DNA of 64,000 nt, taken from an uncultured Verrucomicrobiae bacterium (lineage in GTDB: Bacteria; Verrucomicrobiota; Verrucomicrobiia; Chthoniobacterales; UBA10450). This document shows positions 1-9,266 of the stretch, piece by piece (the stretch's first letter is position 1; every line of letters starts with the position of its first letter). The notes below the pieces were generated by a model. That model was not told the DNA's origin and ran no database searches. It saw only the letters and a program-made list of their open reading frames with translations. Position numbers and translations under genes: made by a program. The DNA lies in NCBI GenBank assembly GCA_963726745.1, contig CAVSDR010000003.1, positions 1,056,001-1,120,000 of the forward strand, written 5' to 3'.

Positions 1-673
1 CGGCAATGCGCTGGCAAATTCCCATGACCACTTTCATGTCGTGCTCGACCAGCAGGACGGCGATCTCGAATTTCTTTTTGATGAAAACGATCAGCTCCAT
101 GAGCTCTTCCTTTTCCTTCGGGTTCATCCCCGCGGCCGGCTCGTCGAGCAGGAGGAGCTCCGGCTTGGTCGCGAGTGCGCGCACGATCTCGAGCCGGCGC
201 TGGTCGCCGTAGCTTAGGCTACCGCAGCGCACGGCGGAGAATTTCCCCAGCCGAAAAATCTCCAGGAGCTCGTGGACCTGGCGCGCGACCTCGGCTTCCT
301 CGCGGTAGAATGCCGGGATGCGCATGAGCGCGTGCGCCAGCCGATGCTTCAACCGGAGATTGAAGGCGGCGCGGACGTTGTCGAAAACCGAGAGCGTCGG
401 GAAAAGCCGGATGTTCTGAAAGGTGCGCGCAATCCCGCGGCCGGCGATCACGTTCGGCTTCAAGCCGGCGATCGGCCGACCTTCCAAGGTGATGCTGCCG
501 GAAGTGGGCCGGTAGACGCCGGTGATGATGTTGAAGATGGTCGTTTTGCCGGCGCCGTTCGGGCCGATGAGCCCGATGAGGTCGTTCTCGTCCACCTGCA
601 GGTCGAACTTCGAGACCGCCGTAAGACCGCCGAACTGCACGGTGCATTGCTTAAGTTCGAGAAGCAGCGCCAT
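1..673 (-). CDS. livG: Branched-chain amino acid ABC transporter ATP-binding protein (partial; runs off window start)
   Basis: Manual translation from ATG at 673: MALLLELKQCTVQFGGLTAV...GLIGPNGAGKTT (Walker A)...ARTFQNIRLF...LLLLDEPAAGMNP; follows livM. Not in the ORF track because it has no stop in the window. Confidence 0.93.
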   Translation of the reverse strand, partial: MALLLELKQCTVQFGGLTAVSKFDLQVDENDLIGLIGPNGAGKTTIFNIITGVYRPTSGSITLEGRPIAGLKPNVIAGRGIARTFQNIRLFPTLSVFDNVRAAFNLRLKHRLAHALMRIPAFYREEAEVARQVHELLEIFRLGKFSAVRCGSLSYGDQRRLEIVRALATKPELLLLDEPAAGMNPKEKEELMELIVFIKKKFEIAVLLVEHDMKVVMGICQRIA

Positions 674-676
674 GGT

Positions 677-1699
677 CTAGGAAGCGGAAAGCTGCGGTTT
701 CTTTTTCCGGTCGCGCGCCATGCGCGGGAGCGCGCCAAACAAGCCCTGCGGCCGCAGAAGCATGAGCGCAATCAAGACGAGCGAGAAAATGATCATGCGA
801 TTCGCGGCGATCCGGCGGACGATGTCCGGGAGCCACTCATAGCCCGCGACAAACCGGAGATACTCGAGCAAAACAGTCAGCAAGATGGCGGCAAAGGTGA
901 CGCCGGCGGTGCTGCCCATGCCGCCGAGGATGACCATGATCACAATCTGGATGGAGAGCTGAAAGTCGAAGCCGCTGGGATTGATGTAAGTCGTGGTGTG
1001 CGCGTAAAGCCCGCCCGCGACTCCAGCGAAGAACGCCCCCAGGACAAACGCCGTTACCTTGTAGCGCGTGGTATTGATCCCGATCGCTTCCGCGGCAATC
1101 TCGTCATCGCGCACGGTCAGGAAGCCGCGGCCGTAAGTCGAGTCGATCATGCTTACGACCACGTAGATCGTGATCGCCGCGACCGCGAAGGTCCAAAAGA
1201 GAGTGGTGTAACCGGCGATGCCGCTGTAACCGCGCGGGCCGCCGACGGCATCAGTGTTTTGGATTAGAACACGAATGATCTCGCCGAAACCGAGAGTAAC
1301 AATCGCAAGATAATCGCCCTTCAACCGCAGCGAAGGCACACCTACGATAAGTCCCGCGAGCGCGGCCGCGAGACCGCCGATCAGGAGGGCCGCGGCGAAG
1401 ACGACGAAGATGCTGAAGCTTCCTGAGCCACCGAGCAGCTGGAAAAGGCCGCCGCTTTTCTCGGTCGAAAAATAAGCCGCGGAATAGGCGCCGATGGCCA
1501 TGAAGCCGGCGTGACCTAACGAGAACTGGCCGGTGTAGCCATTGATCAGGTTAAGGCTGCTGGCGAGGGTAATGTTGATCCCGATGAAGAGCAGGACCTG
1601 GAGGTAGTAAGGATTAAACGAGCCGGCGAAACGCGAGGCTACTGCCGCCAGGATGAGCGCCGCGACCAGGGCGAGTTGTTTGAGATGCCGATGCTGCAT
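677..1699 (-). CDS. livM: Branched-chain amino acid ABC transporter permease
   Basis: Hydrophobic; SLNLINGYTGQFSLGHAGFMAIGAY, LRLKGDYLAIVTLGFGEI, RDDEIAAEAIGIN motifs. Confidence 0.93.
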   Translation of the reverse strand: MQHRHLKQLALVAALILAAVASRFAGSFNPYYLQVLLFIGINITLASSLNLINGYTGQFSLGHAGFMAIGAYSAAYFSTEKSGGLFQLLGGSGSFSIFVVFAAALLIGGLAAALAGLIVGVPSLRLKGDYLAIVTLGFGEIIRVLIQNTDAVGGPRGYSGIAGYTTLFWTFAVAAITIYVVVSMIDSTYGRGFLTVRDDEIAAEAIGINTTRYKVTAFVLGAFFAGVAGGLYAHTTTYINPSGFDFQLSIQIVIMVILGGMGSTAGVTFAAILLTVLLEYLRFVAGYEWLPDIVRRIAANRMIIFSLVLIALMLLRPQGLFGALPRMARDRKKKPQLSAS

Positions 1700-1717
1700 G
1701 GCGAACGATCTTGCCGG

Positions 1718-2626
1718 CTAAACTTTCTCCACCTGCATCTTGCCGAATAAACCCGCGGGCCGGAACAAGAGGATGATGATAAGAATCGCGAAAGCAATCG
1801 CGTCGCGGTAGGTCGAGTAGACTGAGCCGGCGACAAAGGTTTCCACGATTCCAAGAATCAACCCGCCCACCGCCGCGCCGGGAATGTTTCCGATGCCGCC
1901 GAGGACCGCGGCCACGAAGGCTTTGATACCTGGCAGGATGCCCATCAGCGGATCGATCGAGGGATAACTAATCGCGTAAAGAATGCCGGCCGCGCCCGCC
2001 AGCGCGCTGCCTAAAGCGAAGGTAAAGGAGATGACCGTGTCGATGTTTACTCCCATGAGCGCGGCAGCGGTGGCGTTATTCGAGAGCGCGCGCATCGCCA
2101 TACCCATCTTGGTGCGCTTGACCGTGTAGGTTAGTCCAACAAGGAGCAACAAAGTGACGGCAAACGCCGCAATCTGCGTGGTCGTGATCGTGAGCGCGCC
2201 GGTGTTTTCCAAGGCACGATCTTCGACCAACTCGGGAAAAGCCTTCGGATCGGCGCCAAAGATAAACTGCCCGGCGTATTCCAGGAACAGGGAGACGCCG
2301 ATGGCCGTGATCAGGACGGTTAATTTCGGCATTTTCCGGAGTGGGCGGTAAGCCAGGCGCTCGATGAGTACGCCGATGGTGGCGCAAATGGCCATGGTGG
2401 CGACGAGGACAACGCCCACGCCCACCGGCGCGAGCGAGCCGGTGAAATGTGGAAGGATGCGCGGAGTTAAGTAGTAACCGCTAAAAGCCCCCAGCATGAA
2501 AACATCGCCATGCGCAAAGTTAATAAACCGGAGCACGCCATAAACCATGGTGTAGCCCAGCGCGATCAAGGCATAGAAGGCGCCTAAGGAAAGGCCGTTG
2601 ATTAACTGCTGCCAGAACTGCATCAT
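1718..2626 (-). CDS. livH: Branched-chain amino acid ABC transporter permease
   Basis: QQLINGLSLGAFYALIALGYTMVYGVLRFINFAHG and KAFVAAVLGGIGNIPGA motifs. Confidence 0.94.
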   Translation of the reverse strand: MMQFWQQLINGLSLGAFYALIALGYTMVYGVLRFINFAHGDVFMLGAFSGYYLTPRILPHFTGSLAPVGVGVVLVATMAICATIGVLIERLAYRPLRKMPKLTVLITAIGVSLFLEYAGQFIFGADPKAFPELVEDRALENTGALTITTTQIAAFAVTLLLLVGLTYTVKRTKMGMAMRALSNNATAAALMGVNIDTVISFTFALGSALAGAAGILYAISYPSIDPLMGILPGIKAFVAAVLGGIGNIPGAAVGGLILGIVETFVAGSVYSTYRDAIAFAILIIILLFRPAGLFGKMQVEKV

Positions 2627-2650
2627 CCGCGGCCTGCTTTCTCGGGGAAC

Positions 2651-3787
2651 TTAAGGAGCAACCGTGGCCACGAATTCGTTGCCTTTGTTGTCGACCTTCA
2701 AAACCACCGCGGACTTGGTGGCGTTGCGCTTCTCGTCGATCGTGATCTTGCCGGTCACGCCGTCGAAGTCCTTGATGTTAGCCAGCGCATCGCGCAGCTT
2801 CGGGCCTTCGGTCGAAGCGGCGGCGTTCATCGCCTGCGCCAGGACCATCATTGCATCGTAGCCCAGCGGGGCCATCCCATCGGGCATGGCGCCGTATTTC
2901 GCCTGATAACGTTTCACGAAATCCTGCACCTTCGGGTTGGTATCCTTGGGCGAGAAGTGAGTCGAGAAGTAGCTCCCCTCGATCGCGCTCCCGCCGATCT
3001 CGCTCAGCTTGGGCGAATCCCAACCATCGCCGCCGAGCAACGGCACCTTGATGCCTAACGAGCGGGCCTGCTTCGCGATCAACCCGGCTTCGGTGTAGTA
3101 ACCAGGAACGAAGATCGCATCTGGTTGCGCGGCCTTGATCGAGGTGAGCTGCGCGCGGAAATCGCGATCCGTCCCGCCGCCACTGAAGGAACGCTCGACC
3201 ACGATTTTGCCGCCATGACTTTCGAAGTATTCCTTGAAGTATTTCGTCAGGCCAACGGAGTAATCATTTCGCACATCGGTCAGGATGGCGACCTTCTTGG
3301 CCTTTAAGTTATCGAGCGCGAACTTCGCCATCACCGTCCCTTGGAAAGGATCGATGAAGCAGACGCGGAAAATATAGTCGCCCACTTCGGTCACGCGGGC
3401 ATTGGTCGCGCCCGGCGAGACCATGGGCATCTTGGCTTCCTGGCAAATCGGCGCCGCCTCGAGCGAGCGGGAGCTGGCGATCTCGCCGATGACCGCGACC
3501 ACGCGATCGCTCGAGATGAGCTTCTTGACCGCGGCGGAAGGCTGGCCCGGCTTCGACTGATCGTCCTCGGTGATGATCTTGATTTGCCGGCCGCCGAGGA
3601 CGCCGCCCTTGCTGTTGATGTCGTCGAGCGCGAGCGCGACACCGTTGCTGGAGTTAATCCCGAAAGTCGCTTCGCTGCCGGTGAGCGAAGCGTATTGGCC
3701 GACCGGAATTTCCTGCGCGCCGAGCGGCAGCGCAGTCCAGATAAGGGCTCCGAGCGAAAGAATTGCGAGGCGGAGGGATGGCTTCAT
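2651..3787 (-). CDS. Branched-chain amino acid ABC transporter periplasmic substrate-binding protein (LivJ/LivK family)
   Basis: Signal peptide; SLTG...FG, EDDQSKP, YIFRVCFIDPFQG, GGDGWDS, GVTGKIT; heads the livHMG operon. Confidence 0.92.
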   Translation of the reverse strand: MKPSLRLAILSLGALIWTALPLGAQEIPVGQYASLTGSEATFGINSSNGVALALDDINSKGGVLGGRQIKIITEDDQSKPGQPSAAVKKLISSDRVVAVIGEIASSRSLEAAPICQEAKMPMVSPGATNARVTEVGDYIFRVCFIDPFQGTVMAKFALDNLKAKKVAILTDVRNDYSVGLTKYFKEYFESHGGKIVVERSFSGGGTDRDFRAQLTSIKAAQPDAIFVPGYYTEAGLIAKQARSLGIKVPLLGGDGWDSPKLSEIGGSAIEGSYFSTHFSPKDTNPKVQDFVKRYQAKYGAMPDGMAPLGYDAMMVLAQAMNAAASTEGPKLRDALANIKDFDGVTGKITIDEKRNATKSAVVLKVDNKGNEFVATVAP

Positions 3788-3900
3788 GGCAGAGCTTCTT
3801 TACTGTCTCCCTCTGGCGGGCGCAAGGAGTCACGCCGCCCGGCACGCCTCGGCGCGAACGAACCATTTCCGCGCGCGCGGCGTGATGCTATTCTCGGCGC

Positions 3901-4911
3901 GTGTTTATCCGCTCGCGGTTTTCCTTGGTGCGAAATTTCTACGTCGCACTCCTTCTCGGCACGCTCACCTCCGCCGCGCTCGCCGCTCCGGCGCGGAGCA
4001 AAGGGAAGCCGTCGCGCTTCGCCGCGGACGAAGCGAACGCGCCGCGCACCTTGCAATTCGAGGCGCTGCCGTTGGAGCGTAGCCGGCAGAATCACCTCCT
4101 GGTCCGCGCGACCATCAACGGCAAACCAGCGCTGCTTGGCGTGGACACCGGCGCGCCGGTGAGCGCGATCGCGCTCAGCCGCGTGCGCCACTTCGGCCTG
4201 ACGCCGGCGGTGGCGAAATCCGAGATTCCCACGCGCCTGCAGATCAATGGCGCGTTTGCCGGCGTCTCGATCGCGCGCACGCTCCGGCTAGGCGCGCTCA
4301 CCTTGGTGGACGAGCCGCTGGTGGCGGTGGACCTGAGCAGCTCCCAGCGGGCCGCCAGACTCATGCGCGAGCAGCCGATCGACGGCATCCTGGGCGCGGA
4401 CATTCTTTTCCCGACACATGCGGTGCTCGATTGCCGCGCGCAGATGTTGATCTTGAAGATCGATCCGCACACACCCGGGAGCGTCCCGGGGATGGATTAC
4501 CGCGGCTACAACAGCGTGCCGATGGAAGTGAGCCCGGGCTACAATCTCTACGTGAACGGCAGCTTCAACGGCCGGCGCGGCAAGCTCATGGTCGACACCG
4601 GCGCCTTCACCACTTTGTTCCACCAGCGCTTCGTCCATCGGATGCAGATTCCGTTGCGGAAAAGCCCATTTCAATCCGCCGGGGTGAACCTCAAGCAACG
4701 CGGCGTGCAACTGGCGACGATCTCGCGTTTCTCCGTCGGCTCGCTCAACCTGCGCGACAAGGAAGTGGGCGTGATCGACCTCGAAGGTCTCGTGCGCACT
4801 GGACTGCTCAACGGCGCCACGCCGGTCGCCGGCTTGCTCGGCTCGGAGACGCTCCGATTGCACTACGGCATCATCGATTTCGGCACGCGCACGCTTTACC
4901 TGAAGAAATAG
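3901..4911 (+). CDS. Secreted aspartyl protease with two retropepsin-like domains
   Basis: Signal-peptide-like N-terminus (true start may be GTG ~3928); two VDTGA catalytic motifs, each followed by a flap motif (GILGAD, GLLGSE). Confidence 0.82.
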   Translation: MFIRSRFSLVRNFYVALLLGTLTSAALAAPARSKGKPSRFAADEANAPRTLQFEALPLERSRQNHLLVRATINGKPALLGVDTGAPVSAIALSRVRHFGLTPAVAKSEIPTRLQINGAFAGVSIARTLRLGALTLVDEPLVAVDLSSSQRAARLMREQPIDGILGADILFPTHAVLDCRAQMLILKIDPHTPGSVPGMDYRGYNSVPMEVSPGYNLYVNGSFNGRRGKLMVDTGAFTTLFHQRFVHRMQIPLRKSPFQSAGVNLKQRGVQLATISRFSVGSLNLRDKEVGVIDLEGLVRTGLLNGATPVAGLLGSETLRLHYGIIDFGTRTLYLKK

Positions 4912-4920
4912 CCAGCAAGC

Positions 4921-5652
4921 TCAGCGGTGCCGACGCTCGCCTGGAAGCGGCGGTGGCGTGTTCTTTTTCAACGGCGTGGCCGCGTCGTCTTCGGGCGCGA
5001 ACTCGAACGACTCTTTGGCGATCGGCTGGTTCACCGTGATCTCGCGGTGCGTTTCCTCCATTCGGTAGCCGCTGTAGAGGGCCACGATTTTGCGGACCAG
5101 GTGATCGTCTCGCCCGATCCAGACATCGTAGGGATCGCTCTGCCAGACGCCATGAACTTGCTGGCAAAGGACGCCATCGATCGTCTCCTCGCCGACGATT
5201 GCAGCCTCGTCGAGTTGATGCAGCCGGCGCGGGCCACCATAGCTGCTCTCGAGGAGACTCGGGATGTGATAGGCGTAAGTGCCGAACATTTTCGAGCCGG
5301 CCAGCTGCACCTTCGCGCGAGATTTCACCGGCTGCGTGGTGCCCCAGGTGCGGATGCTGTCGCCATTCGCCCAGAGGACTTCACGCGTTGGTTTCTCGGT
5401 GCCGCCGCCCGGGGCCTTGGTCACAGCGTCGATCCGGAAAAGCGCCGGCCGTTGGAACCAAATGCGGTAATCTACCTGGGCGCCGGCGGCGCCGTCGGGA
5501 TTGGTGAAATGCGCCGTGCTCGTGTCGGTGTAGGACGAAAGGGCGGCGTAGGTTTGCTCCATCGTGCGCAGGAGCGCGGTCGCGGCCTCGTCGGCGCGGA
5601 TCCCGCGCGCGCTCAGGCAAAGGAGAAGGCAAAAGAGAATTGCGCGGCGCAT
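4921..5652 (-). CDS. Secreted LolA-like / lipoprotein-sorting-fold protein
   Basis: C-terminal part of the 937-aa track ORF; own start MRRAILFCLLLCLSARGIRA (signal peptide), MEQTYAALSSY, IWFQRPALFRID, VWIGRDDHLVRKI, NQPIAKESFEF. Confidence 0.65.
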   Translation of the reverse strand: MRRAILFCLLLCLSARGIRADEAATALLRTMEQTYAALSSYTDTSTAHFTNPDGAAGAQVDYRIWFQRPALFRIDAVTKAPGGGTEKPTREVLWANGDSIRTWGTTQPVKSRAKVQLAGSKMFGTYAYHIPSLLESSYGGPRRLHQLDEAAIVGEETIDGVLCQQVHGVWQSDPYDVWIGRDDHLVRKIVALYSGYRMEETHREITVNQPIAKESFEFAPEDDAATPLKKNTPPPLPGERRHR

Positions 5653-5708
5653 AGTCCCGCAACTGAACGCGCAAAGCGCTGGCTGTCGATGCGGAATTGC
5701 GCCGCAGC

Positions 5709-6297
5709 CTAACGAGCGGCGCGCTTCTTGACCCGGCGGCGGGCGGCGCTTTTTCGCGGCCGCCGGCTCGGTGCGCGCGCGCAGGCCCACTTGCATGTGC
5801 GGGAAGCCGATCACACGCAGAATCGCGTGATACTCGTGCCCGAGGCGGAAGAGATCGGGCAGCGGTAGGGTGCAAGCGACGGTGCGCTCCGCCCGCGGCG
5901 CGAGCTCAAAGGATTCCGGGGCCACGACCGCTTCCACGCGCACGGTTTCCTCGCCATCGTCGCGCACAAACTCGGAGAGCTCGAAGCGAATCGCCGCGGT
6001 CGCGCCGGTGGTGTTGGCCACGAGAAAGTTGTGCGTCTGCGCGCTCCCGATCGGACCTTCGAAGACGAGTTCCTGTGCCGCCGTGACTTCTGGCGGCGGG
6101 CCGCAGGGCGTCGCCTCCACGGTGAAGAGATTGCGGTAGAAACTCTGCGAAAGATGAAGCCCCACGTTCCAAACCTCGCGGTAATAGTTGAGGCTAAGCT
6201 GCGTCACTTTCTGGAAAGCGACCGGCGCTTCTGCGCGCCAGAATTCCGCATAGCGCTGCGGGAGCGAAGTGATCTCGGGAGGGGCGGACTCTTTCAT
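5709..6297 (-). CDS. Hypothetical protein D of uncharacterised operon (amphipathic helix, Ig-like domain, basic tail); apparent frameshift near 5735
   Basis: MKESAPPEITSLPQRYAEFW...FLVANTTGATAAIRFELSEF...HEYHAILRV; start is an ATGA overlap at 6294-6297; a one-base shift gives ...VKKRAAR then TAG at 5709-5711. Confidence 0.65.
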
Positions 6298-6965
6298 TTG
6301 GCTGCGCTTGCGGTCGTCGTTGGGGTTAGGGCGCACCGGCTGGAAGCAGGGCTCGGTGCATTGAAAATGCCGATACCAATCATCCGCGCGGATGCGTTGC
6401 GGGATCGCGCCCATCTCCAGCCGGCAACACGGCTCAGCTTCCGCGCTCACCTGCACCCGCAGGCAAAGGCAGCGCTCGTAAAGCCCGCGCACGAGAATCT
6501 CCGACTCGTAGGTTTCGCCTGCGCGCCACGTCTCGTCGGTGGAGAAAGAAACGCGCATCGATTGCGCTCCGCCGGCGGGAAGCGTCGCGCCTTTGGGCTC
6601 GACTTGCGGGCGCTGCTCGAGCGTTTCGCGGCAGGAGCGGAAAGGCGACGCCTCGAAGCCATATTGCACCCGCTCGTCGGCAGTGTTCCGCAGTTGAAAA
6701 TAGCCGACACGCTGGTCGCCCGGCGCCACCGTCCACTCGAGCGTGCAGGCGCAGCGCGGCGGGCAGGTGGTCTCGGGAATTTCGCAACCGCAACGCGCCG
6801 CCTCGACTGCGCCGGTGAAGAAACGGCTGTAGGCCTCGAACCAAGGCTGCAGCCCGCGCAGGGAAACGCGGAGCGCCTCGTTGTTCAGATCCGTGAGGCG
6901 CTGCACGAAATCGGGCGCGCCGGGAAGAACGCCGGGGCGCCGGCGCAGGATGGCTCTGGGTTCAT
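6294..6965 (-). CDS. Hypothetical Cys-rich protein C of uncharacterised operon; apparent frameshifts near 6922 and 6325
   Basis: ATG at 6965 overlaps the TGA of gene B; CGCEIPETTCPPRCAC, FQLRNT, CLCL, PCC, WYRHFQCTEPC; a shifted end gives ...PTTTASAAK then TGA overlapping the ATG of gene D. Confidence 0.65.
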
Positions 6966-7734
6966 AGGGTCTCCTTGGTGCCGGCTTTCTCGGTCGTGTA
7001 GATGTCGACCGTGAGCGTGGCGTTGTAGAGTTCGAGGAGCGCGCGGTAGTGGCGCGCCGGCTTGATGTCGTCGGGTAATTCAAAACGAGCGACCATCGCG
7101 CGGCGTTCGCCCGGCTGGAGGATGACGCGCTCGCGGTGCACCCGCAACGGGCCGACCTGCGCGCGGCCGACATCGTCGAGCACCCGCTCGAGACGCTGCT
7201 TGAGCTCCACGCCCACGTTTTTGCGCAGCCCTTCCTGGAAGCGCGGCAAAGAAGTCGAGCGAGTCGAGCAGCGGCGCTTCGCAGAGCGCGCCCAGCGGGA
7301 GCGGGACGTTGCCGGCATTCTCGGCGATGAACTCGCGCTCGAGCGTGCGTTTGCCGCCGGCCAGGAGCGTGACCGTGGTCGGCTCGATGCGGAAATCGAC
7401 CTGCTCGACCACGTGCGCCTCGACCGCCACGGTGCGGCCGCCCACGTCCATCTCCAATTCGTAAAGCCCGGGCGCGGTCCCGTCGCCTAACGAGAGCTCG
7501 AGCGGGACCAGCGCCTGTTCGCCCGGTTGCAGGCGCGCGCCCAGGTGCAACAAAGCGCCGTCTAATTTCTCCGCGCTCCTGGCCCCTTTCCGCGGGCGCA
7601 GGGAAACGCTCCGGAGCTTGAGCTTCTCGCGTGGAATCATTCCGCAGGTGGAGCTGGCCGCGGAGCGCCTGCGGCGGACCGGCGACGACCAGAGTGTCGC
7701 GACCGGTTTTAAGCGTGGGTGCGGGGGTGGCCAT
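6962..7734 (-). CDS. Hypothetical protein B of uncharacterised operon (two predicted Ig-like beta-sandwich domains); apparent frameshifts near 7633 and 7237
   Basis: Reconstructed from three track ORFs: MATPAPTLKT...LHLRNDS / REKLKL...APGLYELEMDVGG...FIAENAGNVPLPL / QEGLRK...FELPDDIKPARHYRALLELYNATLTVDIYT...KETL*. Confidence 0.65.
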
Positions 7735-7753
7735 CGGAACGCTCCATCTGCGA

Positions 7754-8146
7754 TCAGCGGCAAACCTCCGTTGCCCGCGGTTGATATTTCTCGTTGATCA
7801 CCTGGCTCTCCCCGCAGAGCGCGAGCTTCCAGATTTCCACGCCGAAAAGACAAAACGCGACCTGGTAATGCGCCGGCAAATGCACCCGCGTCTCGGGGAT
7901 TTCCTTGAGGGCGATGTTCAGGTTGCTGTTGGTGTCCACCCGCATGGTCGGCAATTCCTTCACCGAGATGTTCGAGTTGAAGGTCATCACCGGGACTTCC
8001 TTCACGCGCAGGACGACGTCCGGCACTTCCTTCACGTGGATGTTATCGAGGTCGCTATCGACCTGGATGGTGCTGCCGGGCAGGCCACCGAACTTGACCG
8101 TGTAATCCTTGGGAATGTTTACGCTGCCGCCGCCGCCTTTAGCCAT
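7754..8146 (-). CDS. Hypothetical protein A with four (V/L)KE(V/L/I)P repeats
   Basis: Intact 130-aa ORF with GC-rich third positions; VKEVP, VKEVP, VKELP, LKEIP repeats; C-terminal FCLFGVEIWKLALCGESQVINEKY...C. Confidence 0.8.
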   Translation of the reverse strand: MAKGGGGSVNIPKDYTVKFGGLPGSTIQVDSDLDNIHVKEVPDVVLRVKEVPVMTFNSNISVKELPTMRVDTNSNLNIALKEIPETRVHLPAHYQVAFCLFGVEIWKLALCGESQVINEKYQPRATEVCR

Positions 8147-8298
8147 GGGAAGGACCTGGGGTTGAAGCCGGCGGACTCGATGGGCTGCGCGTTGCCGCCG
8201 ATGCGGTCCAAGCTACAAATCCGGCGCCCCCGGCGGCAAGCGCATAATTCCAGCGCGCGGGGCGTTGCTTTTACCGCTCGTGCGCTGAAGGTCGCGCG

Positions 8299-9266
8299 AT
8301 GCCGCCGCCCGCCATCCGCCAAGCCTTCGTTCTCGGGGCCGGGCTGGGCCTGCGGCTCCGGCCGCTGACCGCGGATTTGCCGAAGCCGCTGGTGCCGATC
8401 TTCCAGAAGCCGCTGATCTCTTTTGCCTTCGACCATTTGATCGCGGCCGGCGTGGAGCGCTTTTGCGTGAACACGCACCATCAGCCGCAAGGTTTCGACG
8501 AAGCCTTCCCGGACGGGACCTACCGCGGGCGAGCGCTCCGGTTCCGGCACGAGCCGGTGCTGCTCGAGACGGGCGGCGGGATCGCGAATGTCGCGGACCT
8601 GCTGGGCGGCGAGCCGTTCCTGGTCTACAACGCCGACATTCTTTCCGACCTGCCGCTGGCGCCGCTCCTGGAGGAACACGCGCGCGCCGGGAACATGGTC
8701 ACGCTTGCGCTCCGCTCGCACGAAGGTCCGCGGCACGTGGCCTTCGATCGCGCCACCGGACGCGTGCTCGATATTCGCAATCTCGCAGGCACCGGCGCCG
8801 TCGACGAATTTATCTTCAGCGGCATCTACGTAGTGCAGCCGGAGTTTCTGCGCCTGCTCCAGCCCGGTGTGAAGCGGTCGGTCATCCCGACATTCATCGA
8901 AATGCTTCGCGGCGCCGGCCGCCTCGGCGGCGTCCTCCTCGACGAGGGTTCGTGGTGGGATGTGGGCACGCGCGCGGCCTATCTGGAATTGCATCGCGCA
9001 TTGCCCACGCTCGACTTCCCGCGCTACGGCGCGCCGGACGCAAACTGGCGGGCCGCGGTGCATCCCTCGGCGAAATTAGCCAGCGAGATCGAATTGCTGC
9101 GGGAGCACTGTCATCGGCGCGAGACGCAGAGGTCGGCGCCGGGGCGAAATTAGCCGACACCATCGTCTGGGCCGGGGCACAAATCGCTTCCCGCAGCGAC
9201 CTGCGTGGCTGTATCGTCCGCGCCCGCCAAACCGCCCAAGGAACCCTGCGTGACACCGACATCTAG
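8299..9266 (+). CDS. Nucleotidyltransferase family protein (MurU-like / sugar-1-phosphate nucleotidyltransferase); apparent frameshift near 9100-9125
   Basis: VLGAGLGLRLRPLTADLPKPLVPI, EPVLLETGGGI, VYNADI, WWDVGT; hexapeptide-like tail VGAGAKLADTIVWAGAQI is in another frame, ending at 9266. Confidence 0.85.

Noticed and set aside
4921..7734. 937-aa ORF as one protein
   Set aside because: A chimera of four genes joined by apparent indels; it contains out-of-frame Arg/Ser-rich stretches, an internal signal peptide at 5652 and ATGA overlaps marking the real boundaries.
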